Shown here in pieces: positions 1 through 8,748 of a DNA stretch of 36,833 bases. A program made the translations under genes and the position numbers. The notes under the pieces were generated by a model that worked only from the letters and a program-made list of their open reading frames with translations, had not been told where the DNA came from and did no database searches. Position 1 is the stretch's first letter; the number at the start of each line of letters is the position of its first letter. Origin of the DNA: a virus (Duplodnaviria; Heunggongvirae; Uroviricota; Caudoviricetes); IMG/VR virus record IMGVR_UViG_2571042372_000004, positions 1 to 36,833 of that record; one strand, given 5' to 3'.

Positions 1-1215
1 TTATTTTTCAACCTCTGACAGGGGTAAGTAATGAGATGTCTGTAATGTCAAACTCTCTATCTCAAAGGAAATGTTGCTGATATTTTGACCTGCAAATTGC
101 GGATGCCACTCAGCGCCAGGGAATAACATTTCCGCAGAAGTAGCAACTATAGGGTCAATAGCATTAAGATAATGTAACTTATCAGGTGCGCTGTGTAACA
201 GTAACCACTGCAACTCCACTGAAGGATTTGTAAAATGTTCTAATAAATGAAAGTTATTATGTAGTACGCTTAGTAAAAAACTGGTTTCGTATACTTCCGT
301 TACATATTTCCACCCCTGATATTCAGGTGTATTTTCATAAACAATACCCATACCTTCACAATCACTATGTCGAACTGCTTGTGGTGATAATAGTTGCAAA
401 AGAGACAAAACATCGTCCGCATATTTTTTAACTGGATGACGATTTTGCTTACCTTTTATTTGATCAATTTCAAGTGAATCACCAACAACATTGAGAGCAA
501 TAGTAACATGAGGAATATTATTATTATCACGCAAACTGAATAACCGTAATTTATGTTGCTCAATTTGATTTGCATAATACTCACCATAACCACCGGTAAG
601 ATTTTTTCGATCATCAAACTGGCCTACGCAATGTTGCATATGCCATGATTCATAAGCCATTTCACGACGAAGGTTCGAATGACTGGCATCAAACTCAACA
701 ATTTTTCCGTCTGGCACATCAAGTATTGACTTTACAGTATTTTGTTCACTCGGCTGCCACCCTTTCTCGCGTCGTTGAAGCATCTTTTCATGCTCTTCTT
801 CACGCATTCTGAACGCAACGTAGCAGGTTATGCGCTGTAGTTTTGATTCCAGACGGGTACCACATTTCCTGGAAAGAAATTCCACCAACTCCCGTTCTTT
901 GGTTAATATTTGTTGATGATCGGTTTCGATATAATAAAGTGTCGCAGTTGATACTGAGGCAGTATTAAACTTCGATACCAGCCATTCCGGGATTACATCA
1001 TCATTTTTATTAAACAGTGAATATTCTGCAAGCGAGTTAATTTGTTGCACCATTGGAAAGTCACTAATTAGCCATCGATAAAAATGGTTGAGTAACCATT
1101 TTTGGATGGTCTCATTATCCTGGCGAAACAGACTTCTTTGCAAAATTGCTGTTTTTACTTCCGGGGCATTAATTACATCCCTTGCATTATAATTCTGGTG
1201 AATATTTCCAGTCAT
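1..1215 (-). CDS. hypothetical protein, AT-rich accessory gene (possibly PcfJ-like; domain call tentative)
   Basis: Complete 404-aa ORF (ATG at 1213-1215, stop at 1-3). Strongly AT-rich compared with adjacent yegQ. Contains the motif ESWHMQHCVGQF, which I tentatively associate with PcfJ-like proteins. Outside the prophage. Confidence 0.55.
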   Translation of the reverse strand: MTGNIHQNYNARDVINAPEVKTAILQRSLFRQDNETIQKWLLNHFYRWLISDFPMVQQINSLAEYSLFNKNDDVIPEWLVSKFNTASVSTATLYYIETDHQQILTKERELVEFLSRKCGTRLESKLQRITCYVAFRMREEEHEKMLQRREKGWQPSEQNTVKSILDVPDGKIVEFDASHSNLRREMAYESWHMQHCVGQFDDRKNLTGGYGEYYANQIEQHKLRLFSLRDNNNIPHVTIALNVVGDSLEIDQIKGKQNRHPVKKYADDVLSLLQLLSPQAVRHSDCEGMGIVYENTPEYQGWKYVTEVYETSFLLSVLHNNFHLLEHFTNPSVELQWLLLHSAPDKLHYLNAIDPIVATSAEMLFPGAEWHPQFAGQNISNISFEIESLTLQTSHYLPLSEVEK

Positions 1216-1702
1216 AACATCCGCCCGTGTTTATTATATCACTCAAAGCAATAATTGTTGACTATAGATTTTTTATCTAAATCAGCATGGTTGCAGGTAC
1301 ATACTCAAGTAAGCCACTCAAGAAAATAACGTAAACTCAATAGTGGCAGCGTCACAAACTTTGGAAATTATGTCTTATATTTGCAGTTTATTTTAGTGAA
1401 TAATTGAGATAAATGACATTATTTTACATCCTCAATAATTCAGGCTGTAAGAGGACGGCAAATACATTCATAATTATCAGGGGATGAACATTCAGGAAAG
1501 TAGTCAGTATCGTCAACTTTTTCTTTTATCACTACATGAAGATTTCGTGTAGATACTCCCATCTCTGCCACTTCTCCCCTCACATTTACACTGGAGCTAA
1601 ACCCGCCGATTGCGCTACAATGCCCGCCCTTAAAGTGGGGGCACTCCCCTAACCGCTTCATCAGGTGAAGCGGCTCTGACCTGTCATCAGAACGAGAGAA
1701 TT

Positions 1703-3064
1703 ATGTTTAAACCGGAACTCCTTTCCCCGGCGGGAACGCTGAAAAATATGCGTTACGCTTTCGCTTATGGCGCAGATGCTGTTTATGCGGGCCAGCCGCG
1801 TTACTCCCTGCGTGTACGCAACAACGAATTCAACCACGAAAATCTTCAGCTCGGCATCAATGAAGCCCACGCGCTGGGGAAAAAGTTTTATGTCGTGGTC
1901 AACATTGCACCGCACAACGCCAAGCTGAAAACCTTTATCCGTGACCTGAAACCGGTGGTGGAAATGGGGCCGGATGCGCTGATTATGTCCGATCCAGGGC
2001 TGATTATGCTGGTGCGTGAACACTTCCCGGAAATGCCAATCCACCTCTCGGTACAGGCTAACGCCGTAAACTGGGCGACGGTGAAATTCTGGCAGCAAAT
2101 GGGTCTGACCCGCGTGATCCTCTCTCGCGAACTGTCACTGGAAGAGATTGAAGAGATCCGCAATCAGGTGCCGGATATGGAGATCGAAATCTTCGTTCAC
2201 GGCGCGCTGTGCATGGCCTACTCCGGTCGCTGCCTGCTCTCTGGCTATATCAACAAGCGCGACCCGAACCAGGGCACCTGCACCAACGCCTGCCGCTGGG
2301 AGTACAATGTCCAGGAAGGGAAAGAAGATGACGTCGGCAACATCGTACACAAGTACGAGCCGATTCCGGTGCAAAATGTTGAGCCGACGCTGGGTATCGG
2401 CGCGCCAACCGACAAAGTGTTTATGATCGAAGAAGCCCAGCGTCCGGGCGAGTATATGACCGCGTTTGAAGATGAGCACGGCACTTACATCATGAACTCG
2501 AAAGATCTGCGCGCCATCGCCCATGTTGAACGCCTGACCAAAATGGGCGTGCATTCGCTGAAAATCGAAGGCCGTACCAAATCTTTCTACTATTGCGCAC
2601 GCACCGCGCAGGTTTACCGTAAAGCTATCGATGACGCCGCTGCGGGCAAACCGTTCGATACCAGCCTGCTGGAAACGCTGGAAGGTCTGGCGCATCGTGG
2701 CTATACCGAAGGTTTCCTGCGTCGTCATACCCACGACGATTATCAGAACTACGAATACGGTTATTCGGTTTCTGACCGCCAGCAGTTTGTTGGTGAGTTT
2801 ACCGGTGAGCGCAAGGGGGAGCTCGCGGCGGTAGCGGTGAAAAATAAATTCTCCGTTGGCGACAGCCTTGAGCTGATGACGCCGCAAGGCAACATTAACT
2901 TTACCCTTGAGCATATGGAAAACGCCAAAGGTGAAGCGATGCCGGTCGCACCAGGCGATGGTTATACTGTGTGGCTCCCGGTGCCGCAGGATCTTGAGCT
3001 AAATTACGCGCTGCTGATGCGTAATTTCTCCGGGGAAACCACGCGTAACCCCCACGGTAAGTGA
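1703..3064 (+). CDS. yegQ: peptidase U32 family protein YegQ (TrhP, tRNA hydroxylation-associated)
   Basis: 453-aa ORF with recognisable YegQ sequence (MFKPELLSPAGTLKNMRYAFAYGADAVYAGQPRYSLR...; Cys-rich CMAYSGRC...C..NAC segment). GC-rich host-type composition. ATG preceded by a GAGAG-type RBS. Confidence 0.93.
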   Translation: MFKPELLSPAGTLKNMRYAFAYGADAVYAGQPRYSLRVRNNEFNHENLQLGINEAHALGKKFYVVVNIAPHNAKLKTFIRDLKPVVEMGPDALIMSDPGLIMLVREHFPEMPIHLSVQANAVNWATVKFWQQMGLTRVILSRELSLEEIEEIRNQVPDMEIEIFVHGALCMAYSGRCLLSGYINKRDPNQGTCTNACRWEYNVQEGKEDDVGNIVHKYEPIPVQNVEPTLGIGAPTDKVFMIEEAQRPGEYMTAFEDEHGTYIMNSKDLRAIAHVERLTKMGVHSLKIEGRTKSFYYCARTAQVYRKAIDDAAAGKPFDTSLLETLEGLAHRGYTEGFLRRHTHDDYQNYEYGYSVSDRQQFVGEFTGERKGELAAVAVKNKFSVGDSLELMTPQGNINFTLEHMENAKGEAMPVAPGDGYTVWLPVPQDLELNYALLMRNFSGETTRNPHGK

Positions 3065-3095
3065 TTAATTTCGATTATTTTTCCCGGATGGGAAA

Positions 3096-3117
3096 TTCTT
3101 AGAAACCGATCACATAC
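3096..3117 (+). promoter_or_regulatory. putative CRP site of the cyaR promoter (degenerate left half-site)
   Basis: Sequence tTtctTAGAaaccgaTCACAta is centred about 42 bp upstream of the inferred CyaR 5' end. Right half-site TCACA is perfect; left half TTAGA matches TGTGA at 3 of 5. CyaR is known to be Crp-activated. Confidence 0.35.
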
Positions 3118-3148
3118 AGCTGCATTTATTAAGGTTATCATCCGTTTC

Positions 3149-3235
3149 GCTGAAAAACATAACCCATAAAATGCTAGCTGTACCAGGAACCACCTCCTTA
3201 GCCTGTGTAATCTCCCTTACACGGGCTTATTTTTT
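3149..3235 (+). ncRNA. cyaR: CyaR (RyeE) small regulatory RNA
   Basis: Sequence GCTGAAAAACATAACCCATAAAATGCTAGCTGTACCAGGAACCACCTCCTTAGCCTGTGTAATCTCCCTTACACGGGCTTATTTTTT matches CyaR as I remember it, including the CCACCTCCTTA seed-like stretch and the terminal hairpin CCCTTACACGGG plus U-run. Lies directly downstream of yegQ as in E. coli. Exact ends approximate. Confidence 0.88.
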
Positions 3236-3236
3236 A
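3209..3236. repeat. attL core: 28-bp direct repeat aatctcccttacacgggcttatttttta
   Basis: Identical 28-mer occurs again at 36161..36188. It overlaps the CyaR terminator. Its reverse complement contains AAAAAATAAGCCCGTGTAAGGGAGATT, which I recall as the phage P2 att core. Confidence 0.85.
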
Positions 3237-3300
3237 CGCGTAATACAATGAAATAAAAGGATTTATTTCTGGTCACGTCCACACATTGACCACATCGACA

Positions 3301-3323
3301 AAAAAGCCCCTCGACTGAGGGGC
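3301..3323 (-). terminator. rho-independent terminator downstream of ogr
   Basis: On the minus strand: hairpin GCCCCTC-AGTC-GAGGGGC (plus-strand 3306..3323) followed by TTTTT (plus-strand AAAAA 3301..3305), just downstream of the ogr stop. Confidence 0.6.
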
Positions 3324-3336
3324 TTCCTGTTTGTAA

Positions 3337-3555
3337 TTACATCCACATAATTTGCTGCCCTGACGGCAACGGGTGCGGCCTTACGGCGTGGACTTCTCCC
3401 GGCTTCACGATGTATCGCTGTACCGACTCATAAGTGATGAACGTGGCGCTGCAATTCACGTTCTGGCACTGGTGATAACGCTCTTTTGTCGTGTCAGTGA
3501 TATAGCGACTTGTACGCGCATGTGCGGCATGCTGGCATAAAGGACAATGAAACAT
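3337..3555 (-). CDS. ogr: Ogr, zinc-finger activator of P2 late transcription
   Basis: 72-aa product MFHCPLCQHAAHARTSRYITDTTKERYHQCQNVNCSATF... with CxxC...CxxxxC zinc-finger pattern. Start chosen at the internal ATG (3553-3555) preceded by an AAGAGG RBS; the ORF track extends 21 codons further upstream. Confidence 0.88.
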   Translation of the reverse strand: MFHCPLCQHAAHARTSRYITDTTKERYHQCQNVNCSATFITYESVQRYIVKPGEVHAVRPHPLPSGQQIMWM

Positions 3556-3636
3556 CGCGAGCACCTCTTCCGGTTTTGTTGATGGTGCCATTTTAGTTAA
3601 TTTATCCTTATAAAACAAACAGATAAAATAAAAACA

Positions 3637-4800
3637 TCACCCATCATCTTCTGTTTCGTACTCCACATCAGAAAGCCTGACCTCAAGCTCTAAGGACGTC
3701 GTGAAGCCGCTATTATTCAGAAAATGTGTCACCTTAGTGATTGTCCAGTCCTGCTCGTCTATGACGCGCTTAAAGCCTGATACTTTGACCGGCGTTTCCG
3801 TGTAAATATCTGCCCGACCGGTAGCCAGGCTGATGGAGAACTCCGCAACGCCCCGTTGCAGTTTATCCCACTTCGCCTGAGCGGCGCGCATGGCCTGCGC
3901 TTTTGTGGCATATACCGTAGTCAGGGCAAAAACATTGTCAGCCTCACCAGCCATGTATTCACCTTCGCGCGCTTCCGGTACTTTTGGCGCTTTCTTCTGC
4001 GTGACTGGTTTCGCTTTCGGGTGCTCCAGTGCGCGCAGGTGTTTCTCTTTCTTTTTGCGTTTCAGTTTTACCTTCTGCTTTTGCGGCTTCGGGTCTTTGG
4101 TGTGTAACCACTTTGCCGTTACGCCGGTATAGGCTCCACGGTCAGCAATCGCAAAATGATGGCGGTCGCCGTCGCTGCGGGTTATGGTGACCTGCGGGAT
4201 TTTTTTACCGCTGGCCGTCACCCCCTGCCCCGCTTTGAGAAACAACAGTTTTCCCATTTTTACCGACACCTCACCGCCGTTGCGTTCTGCAAGACGGGTC
4301 AGGAATTTCGCATCAGACTCCTGCGACTGGTCGATGTGCGGGATTTTAATTCCGGCCAGTGACGGCGCGACACTGGCTTCCAGCTTGTTACGGGAGGCTA
4401 TCGCCTCAACAATCGCACCGAGCGTGGTGTCATGCCATGAGCCTTCACGGCGGGAATTGAGCGTCCCGCGAAAATCTGCACTCCGGGCGCGGATGGTGAC
4501 CACATCCGGTGCGCCCCGGTGTTCAACCTCATCAACGGTAAATTTCCCTTTGCATACCAGGGCAAAACCTTTCCAGCCGATATACACCGTCAGAACAGCA
4601 CCACGAACCGGCAGTTCGACCTGCCCGTCGGCATCGTTCAGTTCAATATCAAGCTGGTCAGCCTCAAAGCCCCGGTTATCCGTCAGGGTCATGCTCATCA
4701 GACGGTCGCTGATATTGCCGGTAATATCCCTGCTGTCGAGCATCAGCATGTAATCCGGCGTCAGCGTACTGCCTGCATCAAATGTCAGCGCATCCAGCAT
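3637..4800 (-). CDS. D: tail protein gpD
   Basis: 387-aa ORF matching P2 gpD length and position (between ogr and U). Confidence 0.88.
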   Translation of the reverse strand: MLDALTFDAGSTLTPDYMLMLDSRDITGNISDRLMSMTLTDNRGFEADQLDIELNDADGQVELPVRGAVLTVYIGWKGFALVCKGKFTVDEVEHRGAPDVVTIRARSADFRGTLNSRREGSWHDTTLGAIVEAIASRNKLEASVAPSLAGIKIPHIDQSQESDAKFLTRLAERNGGEVSVKMGKLLFLKAGQGVTASGKKIPQVTITRSDGDRHHFAIADRGAYTGVTAKWLHTKDPKPQKQKVKLKRKKKEKHLRALEHPKAKPVTQKKAPKVPEAREGEYMAGEADNVFALTTVYATKAQAMRAAQAKWDKLQRGVAEFSISLATGRADIYTETPVKVSGFKRVIDEQDWTITKVTHFLNNSGFTTSLELEVRLSDVEYETEDDG

Positions 4801-5279
4801 TATCCCGCCCCCGTCATACCCGTGAATCTGGTCGCCACACTGCCAGCCTTACCGATGAGCGATTCCGCCTGTTTACCGATATCGCCATAAAGCGCGGCCA
4901 GTGATTCATCCACGCGGGTGAGCGACAGCGTAAAATCAATTTTCCGGGGTGTGCCGTCTGCAAAGAAAATACTCCCTGTTTCACTCACCCTGCTGATGAC
5001 ATACATGCCGTAAATCATGCCGGTGCCATCCAGCAACGGCCACGCCCGGCCTTCCTCTGCCATCAGCCTGAGCGTGGTCATCGTCAGCTTCCCGCCGGTC
5101 AGTTCGGGATAAAGCACGCCGGCAAGCGTCATGTTTTCCTCACCCACACCGAGAAACTGAAAGGCATCCCGTTTACCGATACGGGAATTTGACGGCCAGC
5201 GATAATCTGATTCACGCTGCATGGTCTGGTGTGGCAGCGTCTGGCGCATAAAAACAAACATACCTAACGCGAGCATCAT
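4800..5279 (-). CDS. U: tail protein gpU
   Basis: 159-aa ORF; P2 gpU size and synteny. Its stop overlaps the D start. Confidence 0.88.
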   Translation of the reverse strand: MMLALGMFVFMRQTLPHQTMQRESDYRWPSNSRIGKRDAFQFLGVGEENMTLAGVLYPELTGGKLTMTTLRLMAEEGRAWPLLDGTGMIYGMYVISRVSETGSIFFADGTPRKIDFTLSLTRVDESLAALYGDIGKQAESLIGKAGSVATRFTGMTGAG

Positions 5280-5293
5280 TTTTCGTCACCTCC

Positions 5294-7741
5294 TTAACCG
5301 TCATGCATCATGCTGGCACGGGCACGCGCACGTTTATCCCGCTCGTATTTTTCGAGCGCATCCTGTAACTGGCGGTCAAGCTGTGTCCCCGGCGCAGTAC
5401 CACCCGTCAGGCTGATGTGATATTCGTTTTTACTCTGGTCCACATAAGAGCGGCCAGCCGGTGCCGTGACTGGCTGATAAGCCTGATAGCCTGCATAAGA
5501 GCTGGTCGCCGGAATATAACCACCGGTGCCATACGTGGCGGCATGAGTTCTGGCGGCGGTCTGGTCAAGTGTGTCTGACTCTTTGTTGATGACCCCGAGC
5601 TTTTCCAGTACCCAGTCAATACCGCTGCGCAGTTTGTTGAACGCATTAAGCGGCAGCATCAGCGCGTCAGCCAGTGCCTGCCCGAACATGACGCCCGTAT
5701 CACGGCAACGGTTCAGGGTGTCCTGGGTGGCTTTGACCGGGGCAATCAGGTTTTTAAACCACTGCCACGCGGCCTGTAACTTTTCGCCCAGCCAGTCAAA
5801 CACCGGCTTAAGTGGCGTGAACAGTTCCCCCACCGGCGCAAATGCCGCTTTCAGCCCTTCAACCACACCGCCAAAGAATGCGCTGACAGGCTCCCAGTAT
5901 TTACGGATAAGCAACGCCCCGGCGACAATGGCGGCCACCACGGCCACAACCGGCCAGCTAATCGCCCCGATGGCCGTCATAACAGCACTACCAACCGTCG
6001 TGAAGATTGCCCCCATTGCGCCTGCTGCCGCGATAATGGCATTGATGCCGGTGATAACCGGCCAGGCTACAAGACCAATGGCACCGATGATGCCAGTAAG
6101 CGCCAGCGCGCCACCGACAATGAGGCCGATGGTTGACGCCAGTGATTTGTTTTTCTGGATCCAGCCGTCGAGTTTTAACACATACTTTGTGGCCGTCTGA
6201 GTGAGCTTACGCAGTGCGCCTTCCTGCTGGTCAAACAGGTCAGTCCCCACCGCCTCATAAGCGGACTGAAACTCCTTAAAGTCACCGCCGAGGTTGTCCT
6301 GCATGATATTTACCAGTTCTGCGGTCTTTCCGTCTGAGGCTTTAAACGCAGCGGTCAGTTTGTCCAGCTTTCCGGTTGACGCGGCAGTCATCAGCACAGC
6401 GGCGGCTGAGCTGGCCTCCTCCCCGAAAATGGTTTTCATGTATTCGGCCTGCTGGGCAGTACCGAGCCGGTTTTTCTCAAAACTGGCCTGCATTTCTTTC
6501 AGAATGGTAAATACTGGTCGGGTGTTTCCCTTGCTGTCTGAGGTTTTCACACCAAGCTCTTTCAGTGCATCCCACGCTTTTCCCGTCGGTGCCTGCAGGC
6601 GGCTTAACACGGCACGGCTTCCCGTCCCCGCCATTGAGCCTGTGATTTTTGCATCATGCAGCGCCCCGACCATTGCGGCGGTTTCTTCAATGCTGACACC
6701 GGCATTTTTTGCCACAGGTGCGGCATAGGTCAGCGCATCGCTCATGCCGTCAAAATCGGCGGCGGTTTTGTTCATCGTCATGGAGAGAACATCCCCGATA
6801 TGAGCGACCTTATCGTTTGAAAGCTGAAAGGCGGATTTCATCCCCATCAGCAGGGCGGCGTTTTCTTCCATCGTGCGGCGGTTCGCCAGCGCCATATTCA
6901 GCGTGACCGGCGTTGCCGCCTGAATGGCATCAACATCCCCACCCGCTTTCGCGATGATTATCTGTGCACCGGCCGCATCATCCGCCGAGGCGGCGGTATT
7001 GTCGCCGAGCTGGCGCGCCTGTTTGCGTAGTGCGGTCATTTCGGCGGAGTCTTTTGCCACTCCGAGCACGGCCTGCAATTCTGAGTTTTTCTGCGCAAAC
7101 TCATAACCGGGCATCAGCAACTTAACTCCGGCCATCGTTCCCGCCGCCGCAATCCCCACACCGGCAGCGCCCACTGAGGCCATATTTCCGGCCAGTTCCT
7201 TTCCGGCCTGATAACGCTGTTTTACTGCGTTAAGTTTTGCCTGTTGTGCACTGACACGCGCCAGTGCGTCACGCTGACGGTTAAGCTGTGCGGTGGTTTC
7301 ACTGATACGGTTTTTCAGTCCCTGCTCATCATGTGCAAGATTGCGGGTATTAATTCCCACAGCGGCCAGTTCCCGCTGCTGGCGTTTAACGGAATCCGTC
7401 AGGCGGTTATATTTCGCCTGTAAGTCCTCCGCCGCACGCTTTGCGGATTCCAGCACTTTCGCCTGAGCACGTGTCGGACGTTCGGTATTTTTAAACTGTG
7501 TGGCAAGGGCTTCGGCTTCCTGCCGCGCCTTTTCAAGTGCATGACCAGTCACGGCGAGCTGTGCACTGGTCTTGCGAAATCCCTCAATACGGGACGCCTG
7601 ACCGTTCAGCTCGCGCAGTGATTTTTGTGTTTCCCGGATATCCCCCGACAGCGATTTGCTCGCTGTGCGGATGGATTTAAACGGGCGGGATGCCTGGTCA
7701 ACAGCCCTGAGCAATACCTGTAATTTTACATTGTTACTCAT
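5294..7741 (-). CDS. T: tail tape measure protein gpT
   Basis: 815-aa ORF rich in Ala/Gly with coiled-coil N-terminal region and hydrophobic central segments, typical of tape measure proteins. Lies between E/E' and U. Confidence 0.9.
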   Translation of the reverse strand: MSNNVKLQVLLRAVDQASRPFKSIRTASKSLSGDIRETQKSLRELNGQASRIEGFRKTSAQLAVTGHALEKARQEAEALATQFKNTERPTRAQAKVLESAKRAAEDLQAKYNRLTDSVKRQQRELAAVGINTRNLAHDEQGLKNRISETTAQLNRQRDALARVSAQQAKLNAVKQRYQAGKELAGNMASVGAAGVGIAAAGTMAGVKLLMPGYEFAQKNSELQAVLGVAKDSAEMTALRKQARQLGDNTAASADDAAGAQIIIAKAGGDVDAIQAATPVTLNMALANRRTMEENAALLMGMKSAFQLSNDKVAHIGDVLSMTMNKTAADFDGMSDALTYAAPVAKNAGVSIEETAAMVGALHDAKITGSMAGTGSRAVLSRLQAPTGKAWDALKELGVKTSDSKGNTRPVFTILKEMQASFEKNRLGTAQQAEYMKTIFGEEASSAAAVLMTAASTGKLDKLTAAFKASDGKTAELVNIMQDNLGGDFKEFQSAYEAVGTDLFDQQEGALRKLTQTATKYVLKLDGWIQKNKSLASTIGLIVGGALALTGIIGAIGLVAWPVITGINAIIAAAGAMGAIFTTVGSAVMTAIGAISWPVVAVVAAIVAGALLIRKYWEPVSAFFGGVVEGLKAAFAPVGELFTPLKPVFDWLGEKLQAAWQWFKNLIAPVKATQDTLNRCRDTGVMFGQALADALMLPLNAFNKLRSGIDWVLEKLGVINKESDTLDQTAARTHAATYGTGGYIPATSSYAGYQAYQPVTAPAGRSYVDQSKNEYHISLTGGTAPGTQLDRQLQDALEKYERDKRARARASMMHDG

Positions 7742-8161
7742 TCGTGTTTCCGCTTCGCCGGAGCGCCTTTTCGCGCCATGTGATGAGTTCGGTCAGGCTC
7801 ATGGGATACAGTTCTGATGGCGGCCAGTGAAATATCACTGCCACATCCGCCATCAGGTCATCGACCGAGAGATTTTTCGGGAACGTCACTGCACCGAGTT
7901 CGGCGACAAAAAACCGACCACCTTACCGGCCAGCGCCACAAGGTCAGGCAGTTCCAGCGCGGCGACTTCCTGCTCGGTCAGCATCGGTGCCGTCATGCGC
8001 GGCAGCACCTTAATCAGTGCATCGACTTCAGAGTTCGCGACCGCAGCCAGACTGACACCGCGCAGCGTCCCGGCACTGGGTTTCATCAGCGTGACCTGTT
8101 CGATGACCTGCTCACCACGCCTGACCGGATTGTCCAGGGTAATCACATTTTCTTTGTTCAT
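7734..8161 (-). CDS. E+E': gpE+E' tail chaperone fusion, made by programmed -1 ribosomal frameshift
   Basis: Slippery heptamer T_TTT_TTG on the minus strand (plus-strand 7907..7913) lies 8 codons before the E stop. Reading the -1 frame from there gives VAELGAVTFPKNLSVDDLMADVAVIFHWPPSELYPMSLTELITWREKALRRSGNTNE and ends at TAA (7734..7736), overlapping the T start. Translated by hand. Confidence 0.65.
7886..8161 (-). CDS. E: tail assembly chaperone gpE
   Basis: 91-aa ORF MNKENVITLDNPVRRGEQVIEQVTLMKPSAG... ending ...GKVVGFLSPNSVQ; P2 gpE size and position. Confidence 0.88.
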   Translation of the reverse strand: MNKENVITLDNPVRRGEQVIEQVTLMKPSAGTLRGVSLAAVANSEVDALIKVLPRMTAPMLTEQEVAALELPDLVALAGKVVGFLSPNSVQ

Positions 8162-8217
8162 GGTTTTCTCACTTATGAATCGGGGTTAACCGGTCAGCCA
8201 GGCTGACCGGATGAAAA

Positions 8218-8736
8218 TCACAGGCCGATATTGCGGCGGTGTTGCTCCAGCCGGTCGACGCCGTTCACCTTCTCAATCATGTTGATAGTATCAATTTCGA
8301 CCAGCTCCTTACCGTCTATCGTCAGCCGGAAATAGGTGCAGACCACGGAGATTTTCGACTCGGTGTCTTCTCCCTGTTTACCCTCACCGGTGTCGATTTC
8401 TTTCTGACGTCCACGCATGACCACCTCGACGGCCACCGTTTCGCCGGTATCGTCACGCTGGTAAGAACCGGCAAAACGAATCGGCACGGCATCCACACCG
8501 GTTGCGGCGTAAAGCTCCCAGATAACCGAATCCGGGAAGCCCCCGAGCGACCACTCCATTGACAGCGCATCGTCATCAAGGCCGAGGTCTACCGGTGCGC
8601 TTCCGTTCATCCCCGCACCGCGATAGTTTTCGAGTTTACGGGTCAGTTTTGGCAGCGTGACGGACTTTGCAACGCCCTGATAGCTGTAGCCGTTCAGAAA
8701 GACGTTCATTAACTTGAGTTTGCGCGGCATTGCCAT
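8218..8736 (-). CDS. FII: tail tube protein gpFII
   Basis: 172-aa ORF; size and synteny of P2 FII, directly downstream of FI. Confidence 0.88.
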   Translation of the reverse strand: MAMPRKLKLMNVFLNGYSYQGVAKSVTLPKLTRKLENYRGAGMNGSAPVDLGLDDDALSMEWSLGGFPDSVIWELYAATGVDAVPIRFAGSYQRDDTGETVAVEVVMRGRQKEIDTGEGKQGEDTESKISVVCTYFRLTIDGKELVEIDTINMIEKVNGVDRLEQHRRNIGL

Positions 8737-8748
8737 CGGTCAGGCTCC

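Noticed and set aside
1440-1661. 73-aa Cys-rich ORF on the minus strand in the spacer upstream of yegQ
   Set aside because: No convincing RBS; its start codon lies inside a stable hairpin; composition is unlike neighbouring genes. More likely a chance ORF, so not annotated as a CDS.
2135-2914. 259-aa ORF antisense to yegQ, plus several shorter ORFs overlapping it
   Set aside because: Shadow ORFs within a GC-rich, clearly coding yegQ; no independent support.
5571-6728. Plus-strand ORFs (209 aa, 144 aa) inside the tape measure gene T
   Set aside because: Antisense shadow frames of a GC-rich gene; low-complexity Ala/Ser/Pro-rich translations typical of artefacts.
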